Assembly (NCBI RefSeq): GCF_001194135.2
Contig: NC_069000.1
Coordinates: 2,294,508-2,331,635, forward strand
Direction: 5' to 3'
Source of the DNA: Octopus bimaculoides
Lineage: Eukaryota
Length of the DNA stretch: 37,128 nucleotides
The notes beneath the pieces are model-generated. The model had not been told where the DNA came from. It searched no databases and saw only the letters and a program-made list of their open reading frames with translations. Below, in pieces: positions 10,440-22,940 of this stretch (positions are counted from its first letter, which is position 1; each line of letters begins with the position of its first letter). The translations under genes and the position numbers were made by a program.

Positions 10440-13120
10440 TATGAATATATAACCATCCGCTTTGAAAAACAGTGAAGTGAGTTGCAAAATGATTTGTAAA
10501 AAGTTTTTATTTTGTTTCTAATAATTCTTCTTAATTAGATCAGAATCAAAGGAAAATAGGATCTGTTTGTATCTTAAAATAGGACCCATTCTTTGAGAAA
10601 TGCTTTTGAATCCAAAGTTTGTGTATATCTCTAGATGAATATTGTAACAGGGCTCCGATTTGGTGCTGCGTCATGTCAGTTCTACTAAACGACTTTGCGC
10701 TTGGTGAGCGTTCCGCTTCAACGTTCTATTGGAGTTGCCGATAAATGGAACTCCTACCGAGGATGGGTCATGAGAAATCCGATGTGATTCACCGAATAAT
10801 TGTGAACGAACCCGTTTGTCAAATGAATACATGGGCGTAATTTTTAATTGGAAACTTTGTCATAGTATGTTATAGATTTCATGATTATTTCATATGAAAC
10901 CTCGCAGGCATTTACGTAACAATTGTATATTCTGCAAACGTCATGCAATATTTGGGCAAAATCTTCTCAGAGAAAGACAGTTATTATCAGAGGAATGAAG
11001 ATATATTATACATTTTCGCAACTGCAGTTTCATATTTTGATATACCACAAACGACAGAATCGATAATGACGAAGGGAAAAAATCAAAAAGCAGGTATCTG
11101 AAATAATGATCCTTCATGTGTCAAAATCTTTTGCTTAGCTTTCATCATTTGACTTGTTCTTATCCAAAATTTCTTTTTGCTTTCATTTATAGACTGTTAG
11201 CAGCATCTTTTGACTCTGTCAACATCATGTGAAGTTTATCTGGCAGTTGATACAGATTTTTGCTGAGCATTTCAATGCTGCCCACTTCAATATCAACAGT
11301 GACGTTACAAGTTTCAGATGGTAATGGGAATGAGAATATTGCACAAGATGGATATCACGAATATGCATTACTTATTATATTCTGCATGATATTTTATTTT
11401 TTGATTTCTAACCACTTACTCTATTTCTGGTTTTGGTATTACATTGGGATCTTGAAAATCTTACAGGGCTAATTTGATAGCATTGTGGTTTGACGCAAAT
11501 GGTTTAAAGAATTGATTTTAGCTGATTTTCGAGCACTTGACATACGATGCAACGATTGAGAGCATGCATGTGTCAGAAGTATTTACCATCCTTTTTGACA
11601 ATTCCAGAAGATATAGACACTTCCATTAGTTCCGGCAAAAAGTAAATTTTCAGTACAGTAACTTACGATCTGTACCGGACAAGTTCCACTTTCATAGTGA
11701 AAAATAGCAAAAGTAGTTTCTTTTTGTATTGTCCTGTTTGTACTTGAATGCCATATTAACACCTTTTTTGTTATAACCTTCCCCCCTAAATTTTTCCATA
11801 CAATTCTGTTTTACCTCAATGTTTGCATTACCATATTTATAACTGAAAACCAGGTTTCTCAAAGCGATCTTGAAAAGGTCTATAAGTTATAAAATCTGCA
11901 ACGAAGATAACATAATAAATAAATGCTATCTGTTTCTTGTGTGTCATCAAATAAGTTTTTGCTTTTGATCTTGCAGAATGTATATGTTCCTAAAGGAGGT
12001 TAGAGCAAAGACAAATAAATTCAATTTGCGATTCACTTGACAAATAATTTCCTGGCAAGCATTTTTCTATTTCGTCCTAGATTTATTTGACCTTCCCGAA
12101 ATAACTTTCGAGTACGGGATTCTAGTGTAACAAATGTTAAAACAGCTCAACAAAGTAACGATTGCGAACGGTTCTAATCAATAGAGAAAAAGAGAATGCA
12201 TGGAATGTCAACCTATTTCCTTTGCAAAATAAAACGTCAGTTGTTGAAAAATAGCTTTCCAATTAACGTCATCTGCTTTGACTTCATTCTGTAAAAAATG
12301 ATCCGTTTTCTTTTGGAGAAATTTTTATTCCCAGTGCTCCCTCTGACTATTAATACAATCTGTGATATTTTTCTAAGTTCCTACTCAAAAGTATTGTCAC
12401 ATAATTATGTCTATGTTTCTGTTGTACGTCATTTATTCTGTGATATCAAAACCAATATTTTAGCACGAACTTATTTTCTAAAACGCCAAGATAAAGAAAC
12501 ACTACCTGGCATTTCGACACTTCGCACAAGCCATTGTCTTTCCTATATTTTACTGTCGTGTTTCCTGTTTTTAAAGATGCCCATTAGAAAAGATTGTTAC
12601 TATCTTTTCTAAATATTTCCGACTTAAGAATGCATCTTTTTTCTGCATATTTTCTCAATCATTTCAGTAAGTTTATTATTAATCTTTATATTCCCAATGC
12701 ATAGAGGCAACGATAATAGATTAGATTGTTGTTCATAACCTGGTTTTGACTCAGCAACATTCTACTCTATTTTACGCATAACTAGATTGGGCATTGTAGA
12801 TTATTCATAAGCAGCACTTGGACTGAGTTGAACTTGTTATGTTCTGTTCATTCTTCAACCAGTTCAAGAGTTACTGCAAATAAATAGTTTTCATTTACCT
12901 TTTTGATTAAATGTTATCATATGTAAGGAATGTGAAAAATTCTTTTCCAGTGTCTGAAATTGCTCGCGTTCGTAAGAGATTTATAAAGGGAAAAAAGCAA
13001 GTCTTTTCCACTACATATTTCACATAATTTTGTAGGTTATTTGATGCCCAACCTATTCCAACCTCAACTCCACAAGGTCTACGACGTAAAACACATCTGT
13101 CGACGCAAGGAAACGTTCAC
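10440..13120 (-). pseudogene. Large (~2.7 kb) decayed coding-like block, product unidentified
   Basis: Starts after ttctatttcag| (~13120). One frame stays protein-like for ~700 nt (12400-11700): KNITDCINSQREHWE*KFLQKKTDHFLQNEVKADDVNWKAIFQQLTFYFAKEIG...IDLFKIALRNLVFSYKYGNANIEVKQ. Further open runs: PSETCNVTVDIEVGSIEMLSKNLYQLPDKLH and NVEAERSPSAKSFSRTDMTQHQIGALLQYSSRDIHKLWIQK. No simple repeats inside. Boundaries approximate. Confidence 0.45.
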
Positions 13121-13330
13121 TGAAATAGAAACTTCATAGCAAGATTATCCGAAAAGCCATTCGGAGAGTAGGATAAGGCATGAATCCGTCCCACTCTGTT
13201 ATGTCAAGTACTTGCTAAGAAACATTCAACGAAAATGAAATACAAGTCTGTGTTAATGAACTGCATCATACGTGAGGTAAAAATGCGCCTACGTGTATAT
13301 GTAACTTACGAGGCAAAGTGCTACGAATGT

Positions 13331-13364
13331 GACTCAAGTAGAAATAAGACTCAAGTAGAATTAT
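13331..13364. repeat. 17-bp direct duplication (gactcaagtagaaataa / gactcaagtagaattat)
   Basis: Directly visible. Confidence 0.85.
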
Positions 13365-13639
13365 ATATATATGTGTGGGGGTGAGTGAGTGTGTGTGTGT
13401 GTGTGTGTGAATGTAGGTATGCAGGTATGCATACATATGTTCGCAATTGACTTTTTCCCTCCCTGATTTTGAGAGAGATTCAATTGCAATTTTTGGCAGT
13501 GTGAACTTCTGCATAGAGACCCATTCATGGAATCGAATATTGCATATTTTAAGAGACGTAAACACATATATGCATATCGCCTAAATTTTCCCCACATTAA
13601 TACGCGAATATGAACAATGCAAATGTATATTTAGTATGT

Positions 13640-13730
13640 CCACATTTCTTCCTGGAGATATTTCTAGTCCACATTCCTTCCTGGAGATATTTCTAGTCAA
13701 CATTCCTTCCTGGAGATATTTCTAGTCCAC
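13640..13730. repeat. 29-bp minisatellite x3 (ccacattccttcctggagatatttctagt)
   Basis: Units 13640-13668, 13669-13697 and 13698-13726. Units 1 and 3 each differ from unit 2 by one substitution; partial fourth unit. Confidence 0.95.
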
Positions 13731-14369
13731 TATTATTCTAGTCCTATTATTTACAGAGAAATAATAGGTTTGTATATAAACGGCATTCATTTTACGAAAA
13801 TGATACAGCGATTTAGTGTTTTTGCACATAGTGTTTCATATACGTGACATTTAGAAGCATTTGGATCAGCGCGTTTGTACAATTTATTAAAACTGATTGA
13901 TATGTTTTCAAATCAGGAAAGGACATATATTTTAAATTATTGCGATCTTCTAATAAGAAAATGTTGCAATATAATTTGACGTAGCCTAGTCATTATTCAA
14001 ATGCATCTTATAAAATGTTGTCCATGCTATTATTATTTTAAATATTCCATTTTAACTGTTAATCAAATCCATAGGAATAGGATATATAGATATCGTTATT
14101 AATATGTATATAACTATGAATGCAAATTTCAGCCACGTTATATGTATATGTACGTATATTTATATACACACACGACATATGACATATTCTTACATGTATA
14201 AACGTTAATGTATACACATGTTTAATAATGGTAATGCAAATGTTGGGTTATACGTATCGGAAACAGATTTGTGTTTATGTATATCGAAAAATGTTTCTCG
14301 CCCTCCCTATCTCTCTTCCTCTCTCACTTTTAGATGCATGAAAATGTCTAGATATATACCAATAAATAC

Positions 14370-14576
14370 ACACACACATATTTACATGAATATGTACACT
14401 TCATATAAGCACATAAAGGCAGATATACATGAATATATAGGTACATACATACATATATATATATATGAATATATGTGTATATATGTACATATATGTATGT
14501 TTACATATATATGTGTATACATATATATATATATGTATATATATATTTATATATACTTATATATACTTATATATGC

Positions 14577-14637
<61 letters not shown>

Positions 14638-14855
14638 ATGTATGCCTAATTTACACGTTTGGCTGACTTCTCGTATAAACTACGAGAAGCGGAGATTCAT
14701 ATAGAAATCATTATATTTTTGCAGAATTTTGATTTATTTTTCATGAAGCTAATTTATTCCCGATCTTAATTAAACTTAATTAGTTTCTTAATTTGTGCGA
14801 AAAGATAACTGTTAATATTCCAATCATACGTATAACCTTCCTAGAGTACTTTATA

Positions 14856-14893
<38 letters not shown>

Positions 14894-15131
14894 CATTTAT
14901 GCAGATGTATGTATGTACACACACACACACTCACACACACACTCATATATATGAGGCATCAGCACATACTCACACAACTATAACCATGTGTATAGCAGTA
15001 TAGTTGTGCATCTATGTGTTTATATCTTATATGCTTATGTTCTTGTAATTACACCTGTAGCTATCATTTGAGTCTTATCCATCTTCTCTTCGTTTCTTCC
15101 TCTCACAATTTCATATATATGTATATATATA

Positions 15132-15183
<52 letters not shown>

Positions 15184-15290
15184 TAGATATATAGATATAT
15201 AGGTATATATTTATATATATGCATATATGCATACACACACATATATATACTTTTATATATATATATATATACCCACTCGCACATATGTAA
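14370..15290. repeat. Cluster of (TA)n/(CA)n/(TG)n compound microsatellites
   Basis: Directly visible arrays at ~14430-14635, 14850-14945 and 15110-15270. Confidence 0.9.
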
Positions 15291-15869
15291 AACACATGCT
15301 AATCTTATGATATTCAGTACACTGAATTTTCCTTTTCCTCTTCATTTTACTATTTGCGCACTAATTAATTTTTCTTTAATTTTCTTGCATTTATCATGTC
15401 ATTTCAAATAATTTTACACAATTCAATCACGTTGAATCACTCTGCCCGAAAAAATCAAGAGATATTTCTGCAAGAATTACGCTATAGATCAAAAATATTA
15501 AAAAAATATACAATATAAAACTAATAAACGATATTTAACTCTCATGATTAAAGAAATGTAATATGTTTAACGAATATTTGAACTTTATTAATATTACTTT
15601 TCTATTTTCATGCAAATTTTGTTCTTGGAGCTACTTTCATATCCGCTTTAAACACGCAACCGTCGCTCAGCAAAGAAATATGTTGACAATAGATAGAGAC
15701 TTCGTTGCTTTCTTTTCCTGTTTTACGATCGAAATATTTTAATGAAATAACTCTACTATACTGCCACATGATTCCTCCTTAATTTGTACATATACACACA
15801 CTCATACACACACAAATTCACATACACATGCACAGACACGCACGCACACACACATTCTGTTTCTGTGTA

Positions 15870-16660
15870 TGACTTTAAATTGTATCCGGTAGTAGGGTCT
15901 GCTTCAGAAGTTCCAGCATTTTAAACTAGGGAATGTCACAGCATTCTTCTGGGAGACAAGTTCTCTGATCTATAAAACCTACAGCTTCACGTAATTAATG
16001 GTCATTACTTGGGCCTGTCGCTATATATTAATCACAATGTCTCTGAAAGTGGTACTTATGTGCTTCAAACATATATCACTATTTTACAATAAGGTACTAC
16101 GTCTCTATATGGTGATCTGATTTGTCATTCTCTCTACTGAAATCTCTATATCAATGGTAGAGTGACGTCGTATTCAATGTACCTCTGCAGTTGTTTGAGG
16201 TTAAGGGTGAAATGATTGAGAAAATCCATCAGTGAGATGATAGTTACAAACACAGATCTGATAGTGCAGCTACAACAAGAGAGGATATTGTACAGAAAGG
16301 ATATTGCAGCTACAGAAACATGATAGCTTTTGAATCGGAAAATAATTTCATAAGATATATATCTATAAACACCTAGCTACAGCAAGTAACGACGAGACAC
16401 TGAAGCGTTTCAAGCGTTTATATTCCATCGCTGAGTATGGTCTGTATATGAAAGACTCGATGGTTCTGATACTTTTGTTAGTACCTCTCAGTGACAATCG
16501 TGTACATAATTTACCATCACAATTTTTCTAGTTTGGAGGTTAATATATTGGTTAGCTGAAGCATTTATAGTAAAATGTTCTCTCTATGGAATTATAAAGG
16601 AATCTGAATGACGCCGTTTATTTAAACTCTTGGCCTTCCATTTCATAAAGCGTGGTTCCT
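15870..16660 (-). pseudogene. Candidate decayed exon(s), product unidentified
   Basis: After tccgaatag|: GTTLYEMEGQEFK*TASFRFLYNSIERTFYYKCF, TIESFIYRPYSAMEYKRLKRFSVSSLLAVARCL, and (shifted) LREAVGFIDQRTCLPEECCDIP*FKMLELLKQTLLP. Stops frequent. Confidence 0.3.
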
Positions 16661-17139
16661 ATTCGGATATAGATGGAAATCATACTCTCGGGTGTAGAGA
16701 AGTTAAAACTTTAGAATCTCATTCCTTTTAAACATGTTAAGCAAATATTTTCATTTTGTGAATATTTTATATATAAAATGTACATTAGTTGAACGATTGT
16801 TCTAGACGTAATTATATCTGTGTTAATGGCATAGTCAATTCGTGATTGAATTCTAAACAATTATCCATTAATTGATGGCATATCTTATTATATGGAGAAA
16901 AATATATAGGAAATTGCTTTACGCATGTGTTTCAATTTACTGATGTAATAGACTAATTCCGAATGGTATTTATGTAAAGAGATATTTATTATGGACACAG
17001 AGTAAGTTGTGAGCATTTCATTACGAAAGAGACAAAGTTGAGACGTTTTTATTGCTGAAATATCATGTTGTATACATCATACACGCATGCATATAGGCAT
17101 ATATGTATATATTAATCTGAATGTTAATATCTACGATAT

Positions 17140-17260
17140 ATATATGAGTATATCTGTATGTATAAAAATATGCAGACACGCCCCCACATGCACAAACACA
17201 CGCATAAATATAAATATATATATATATATATATCCATGTATATATATATAATCATGTATG

Positions 17261-17316
<56 letters not shown>

Positions 17317-17360
17317 CATGTGTATGTATATATCTATATTCATGTGTATGTATATGTACA
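17140..17360. repeat. Compound (TA)n/(TG)n microsatellite
   Basis: Directly visible. Confidence 0.92.
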
Positions 17361-18752
17361 TATATGTCATTGTATAGTGAATATTATTGTGTATATGAAA
17401 ATCGGTATGATGACTTTCTGATATATTTTCAGCCCCTGGTGGTAACAATTTACTAGTATGAATAATCTTATCGTTCTTAAATGCCTCGAGGTTCCGTTAT
17501 GATTCACAATAGATAATGGGGATCACCGTGTAATCTATATGTGAAAGCCTAGAATATAATCTGTTTCTCATTAGTAAGCTAACCGTTTGCAAAAGAATCG
17601 TGAAAACGAAAATCATCTAGAAAATAATGCATTTAACATAGTCGAATATATATTATAGACATCCTCAAAATACAGAAGTTTATCAAAGAAACATCACATC
17701 TCTAACACATCAACATATGTGAAACATCACTACACACACACACACATGTTCCAAAACATTCTCCTTCATCTTTGCTAAAACTTCTTCGTAATCTCCTGAA
17801 TTTTGACATCATATATCGTTAATATCGTTAAGAGACTTAAAAGCAACGTCGGTTAAATAGAAATATGGCCTCTACAAACCTAATTAGAACGTTCTATATG
17901 TTATGATTAGCAGAAAGGAAGCTTAAGCAAGTGTATATATCAGGAATATCAACCACACATAATCCACTCATTAATTCTGTAACTTCATATCTTTTATTTT
18001 ATTCTAATTTAATTTACTTCATTCGGTAATAGGCGAATGGGCAATATATGGCTTAGCATTAATTTTGATTAATATATAAAAAAAATTATGTGTAAACATA
18101 ATGCGCATCTGTGTGGTTGTATGCATAAATATATACACATATATACACATATATATGTAAGAATATTTGGAGGTATGCATTCATGCCTGTATTATGAAAG
18201 TGTGCAGCATACATATAGACTATTTCTATTACACTGTGCTTAGTCTGATCAATACGTATCCGGACTGTTACCATAGTAACGAAGCTAAAGCCTACAAAGA
18301 ATAGCCGTTTGGTACAGATTAAGCTTGAGCTCAGCTGTGACTGTTCACTAGGTTGTAGCGCTCTACCTCATCTCCACTGTTTACAGCAGTATTTCGAAGG
18401 AACGTGTGTTGCGTGTTATCCTCACATTGAACATGACAGAGAACGCTGATTCGAAGACTACAAATCGAATCCATCACTGGAACTGTACAAATCTGCGAAA
18501 CTTTCCAGAGGTTTATCATTTAGATATATATGAGCATGTCTAGATATACAACTATATGCACGAGAATACATACATAAAACACACAAATCTGCACATACAT
18601 ACATATATACATACATACATGTCAACAAAAATACCCTGTTGTTGATGTTGAAATTTTAATGAAAGAGACTTGGATCTAGGTAAGAAACCTGTTCTTTCTC
18701 TATTGGCAAAAAATAAACTGAATAATGATATACATACATACACTGACATATG

Positions 18753-18790
<38 letters not shown>

Positions 18791-19004
18791 CAATTATATG
18801 TTACTAAGAATAACAAAATTTTAATATTCATACATATCTATAAAGACGTATTAGATATTAAAAACTAAATAAATATCCGGAGAGAGATGAAAAAAATTTC
18901 TACAACCTCGGGGCAATCTATAGCCTATCCGCGGTGTTTACAATTTTTCATTTTACATAGATATTTTCTTATTTTAATTATAATTCAAGTGCGATTAACG
19001 GATG

Positions 19005-19130
19005 TTTATGTATGTATGTATGTATGTATGTATGTATGTATGTATGTATGTATTATGTAAGTATGTATGTATATATGTATGTATGTATGTATGTATTTAT
19101 GTATGTATGCATGTATGTATCTATCTATCT
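19005..19130. repeat. (TATG)n tetranucleotide repeat grading into (TATC)n
   Basis: Directly visible. Confidence 0.92.
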
Positions 19131-21979
19131 ACGCCTCTGTCTACCTATCTACCAATTTATCTATCTAGCTATATATGTATATGTATAATATATATATATG
19201 CGTATATACATACAAATATGTATATACACATGTACATGGGTGTGCATGTATATGTACGTCTGTTTCTGATGTATATTTCCCAACTGTTTAACAACCAATG
19301 ATTGTATTTAAGTCCCGTAACCTATCAGGTCGTCAAAAGAGACACACTGAATAAGTTCCACCATTAAAGTTAATAACGGAGTGGATTTGTTTGTCTCATG
19401 ATACGAAATAGTACCCCAACAACATTGACGCTCTCCAATAATGGAAACAAGAGAAGCTGTATACCTATGTATATTGTTGACTCGACATACTTTTACCTTT
19501 GTCGAAAAGTTAGTGAAGACATTTTCTTAGCCTTCCGCATGTATATGTGTTCTTTTTTTGAAGTTACACATTATATTTAATAATGTATTACCAGTGTTAT
19601 CTAATTAGGTAAATGAATGCATCGGTACTAAGTACTGCAATCAGTATGTGTACATAATCAACTACTAAAACCGTAATTAGATTTAGTGTTAAAGTTTAAA
19701 TAATTCTGACATGATCATAGTTCTCACGAATAATATGCCATTCCTATGAAGTGGCAAAACATCGCATATATTTGTTAATTAATGGTCCGTTTGAACTGGA
19801 GAAAACATTTTGGAAAAACATCCTTTATTGGCAAGGTTTCAGTCATTATTTATTTAATTGGAATTCTTAAAAGATACATGTAAATTGGCGCAGTAGAAGT
19901 AGAAAGAAAATGCTCATATTTTTCTTTGTGTTTATTCTCACGAAAACGTAATTGTTAATCGGTTGTAGTAATAAAATGGTGAATTCTGACATAGTAATAT
20001 ACCACATAGGGGCAACATTAAAGGAAGATATTTAGTTGTAGGGAATATTGCAGATCTAATAAGTTCACAGCACAAATTTCTTTGGTGCGTTCGCCAGATT
20101 GTTTTTAAATATAGGCTCCGGTTGGCCCAGGTGCTACGAGCTATTAAGATGACTGTCTTATACATACATCCATTTATACATGCATACAAACATACGCGTA
20201 AACATGTTTTACATACACACATACACTTGTATATGGAGAAATACACAAACACACTCTTATATGGAGAAATACACACACACAAGCACACGCACATATACTT
20301 TATTGAAAAGCAGCAAAAATATCAGAAAATCTGTTGCCCAGAGTTTCGCGTTTCCGTTCGCCGGACAGTTTTGTTTCGAATGGAACTAAATAAGGTTATA
20401 AACATAAATGTACAATTACTTTGATAGATACACATTTGAAAATGACTTCGTTTTATTGGTCCTCTCAACTAACGTTCTAAGAAGGCATTTTGTGTGGTAT
20501 TGTTTCTGTGCCAGTATGGGTGTATATATATATATATATATATATCGATCACGTAAGGCACGTCTTTGTTTACTCACCGATCTCACTCTCCACTGCAAGC
20601 TATTTGTCTTTTTCTACATGTCCTTTTTTTTTGATCGGCTTTAATTACACATACACATGTATGTGTATATGCATGTATATATAAATATGTTGATATGCAT
20701 ACATACGTACATACATTGTATACCTACATATATTGCATACATAACGACATTGTATACCTGATCGCGCCCCGAATTTCACACAACCATACGCTTTGCATCG
20801 AAGAGTTTCTTACGTCACTGTTTTTAGAAGATAATTCGCCACCGGACGTCCATTTAACGGAGAGTAAAGGAAGAAAGTGATATTTAGTTACATGTTGGAA
20901 TCCTGCCAAAATCATTACTGGTATCGTTGATTCTCATGTGTCGTTAGATTTCAGCTGTGTAACATATTTTATCTATCTATAGCATATATGGGTCAAATCA
21001 TTCACGCATAACATGAGCCTGAACCAAGCAGTAATGCGTTGGGGCAATTTATAAACATCTATCGCATTAAAGTGACAACGGACTAGACCACTGAATACTA
21101 ACGAGGAATCCTCGTTAATTAAACAGTTTTCCTATTGATTAATATACTGAGCTAAGGTTCAACCATTCACATATTTACAGCAATTTGATAGTGAAGTGTC
21201 AGTGAAAAGCAGAAGGCGGTGCCATTGACGCAGTTAATGACGTAGTACTTTTAAATCGGGAATCTGAACTCTATCACCACAGGTCAACTACGTCTGTCAT
21301 TGAATTTTAAACATTATTCGTATCAAGCACCCATTTAACACCAGTGCTAACTTACTTCAGTCATTTTCTAATGTCCCATTGGAGTATAAATATTCAAAGT
21401 AAATTAGGTGGAATCAGAATTCATTATGAGAAGATGGAGGTAATCCATTTGGAAAGTAATAGGCAAGACGGCAATTAAGATGTGGCCTGAGTGGATTTAA
21501 TACATATTATTCCTCCTACTACTGCACAAAAGATTTCAAAGCCCCGTCTTCTGTGATGCGAGACACCTAACATTAAATTTCATAATAATATAGTTAGATA
21601 TTAATTATGAATTAAATACAAATGTAATTATAATTTCAAGACGTTTGCGTTTTTATTTGCTAACAATATTGCATCAGTGGATATCTTTATTCCCCCATGT
21701 TACACAATAAAGTTTAGTTATCTGTTAAATATGATCACATCATTAAATCATCAATTATATTTGAAACACGAGACAATAATCGTTGCCCAGCTAATAAATA
21801 TTCAGTCACAGAATGTTGTTGTGAATGCATGATCCATCGAGGAAGCCCTATACAGTCGCTGAACATAACGGAAATGACAGCCAAATCTCCGTCGAACATT
21901 CCAGCGGCGTCTTAACGGGAGAAAAAATCTCGATGTGTAATATAATTCAATAGGTAGTGGCCATAAAAAGCGTCCAACA

Positions 21980-22032
21980 TAATAATAATAATGATGATAA
22001 TGATGATGATAATGATGATGATGATGATGATG

Positions 22033-22065
<33 letters not shown>

Positions 22066-22066
22066 T
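21980..22066. repeat. Compound (ATA)n/(ATG)n/(ATC)n microsatellite containing a 44-bp perfect palindrome (22012-22055)
   Basis: Directly visible; the array inverts at gatc 22032-22035. Confidence 0.95.
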
Positions 22067-22098
22067 TCAGATTGGTATTATTCCTATTAATTGAATTA

Positions 22099-22170
22099 GC
22101 CGACCAAAGCCTTGTGAGTGGATTCGGTAAATAGAAACTGAAAGAAGCTTGTGGTATACACACATACACA

Positions 22171-22214
<44 letters not shown>

Positions 22215-22417
22215 TGCGTGTGTTTGTCCGCAGTAATCAAATGAGAATGCATGTTGATTTGGTAACGCCCCCGTAACTTATTGGTTCTGCAAAAGAGCCT
22301 ATGAAATATGTAGCAGTACTTATAAAAATAAGAACTGCGTTCGGCTTGTTTGACTAAGCCCTTCAGGGCAGTTGGCAAGTCGTAACCCCAATGTAATGAA
22401 TGAAATCAGAAACAGAG
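22099..22417 (+). mobile_element. SINE family 1, 5'-truncated, with internal (CA)n/(TG)n array
   Basis: gccgaccaaagccttgtgagtggatt...gaaactgaaagaagc + (TG)n + tgtgtttgtcc...cccccgtaactta..ggttctgcaaaagag. The 3' half matches the reverse complement of 22776-22940 and 34405-34490. Confidence 0.85.
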
Positions 22418-22775
22418 AAGTTTTAAAAAATACACTTACAACGTATCTCATCGTTTTGTTCGATTAAGGCTTAACAGGAACGAAACATTAATAATTCACA
22501 ATACATAACCGCAGGTATTACACAAATCAACGTTTGTAATATGTTAGCCATTCGGCTGATTAATTGCTGAAATCATTCTCTGATAAATGAAGTTTGCTGT
22601 TATTCGATGCAATAAATCATCACATCGTATCATTCTATGATATGCGGTCTAATGGGGTGTTGATTCTGCACACATACGAAACACAAACAATGGCGTTTGA
22701 ATAGTGTTGTACACACTAAGGTCAGGAAATATAACATTGTATCAGAGAAAAGGAAATATTTCTTTATCATTTATA

Positions 22776-22940
22776 TTTAACTTGCTTCACTCACTGCATT
22801 ACGACCATGCTACGGCACAATACTGTAAAGTTTCGGAAGAAAAACCGATCCCAGTACGTATTTTTAAAGTCTAGTACTTATTTTATCGGTATCTTTTACC
22901 GAACCACTATATTACGCGGATGCAACTGAAACAAAACCCA
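22776..22940 (-). mobile_element. SINE family 1, 3' half (decayed)
   Basis: cttgcttcactcactgcattacgaccatgct...ctagtacttattttatcggtatcttttaccgaaccacta..ttacgcgga is the reverse complement of the 3' half pattern at 22230-22417. Confidence 0.7.

Noticed and set aside
13640-13726. 29-bp repeats as a CRISPR array
   Set aside because: Units are directly adjacent with no spacers, there are no cas genes, and the context is eukaryotic.
14218-14666. YI/HT/CV-rich ORFs (also 1374-1675, 17131-17448, 19002-19301, 34325-34686, 36223-36594)
   Set aside because: Translations of dinucleotide or tetranucleotide microsatellites, which lack stop codons.
14667-14689. 9-bp stem hairpins (here and ~21100-21118)
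   Set aside because: Short stems are expected by chance; no associated feature.
18300-18520. GC-richer island with open frames on both strands
   Set aside because: Three frames are comparably open, so strand and frame cannot be chosen; no motif recognised.
21885-21902. GMFDGD, resembling the DxDGD catalytic motif of RdRP / RNA polymerase
   Set aside because: The first Asp is absent (Met) and flanking residues do not fit RdRP or beta-prime context.
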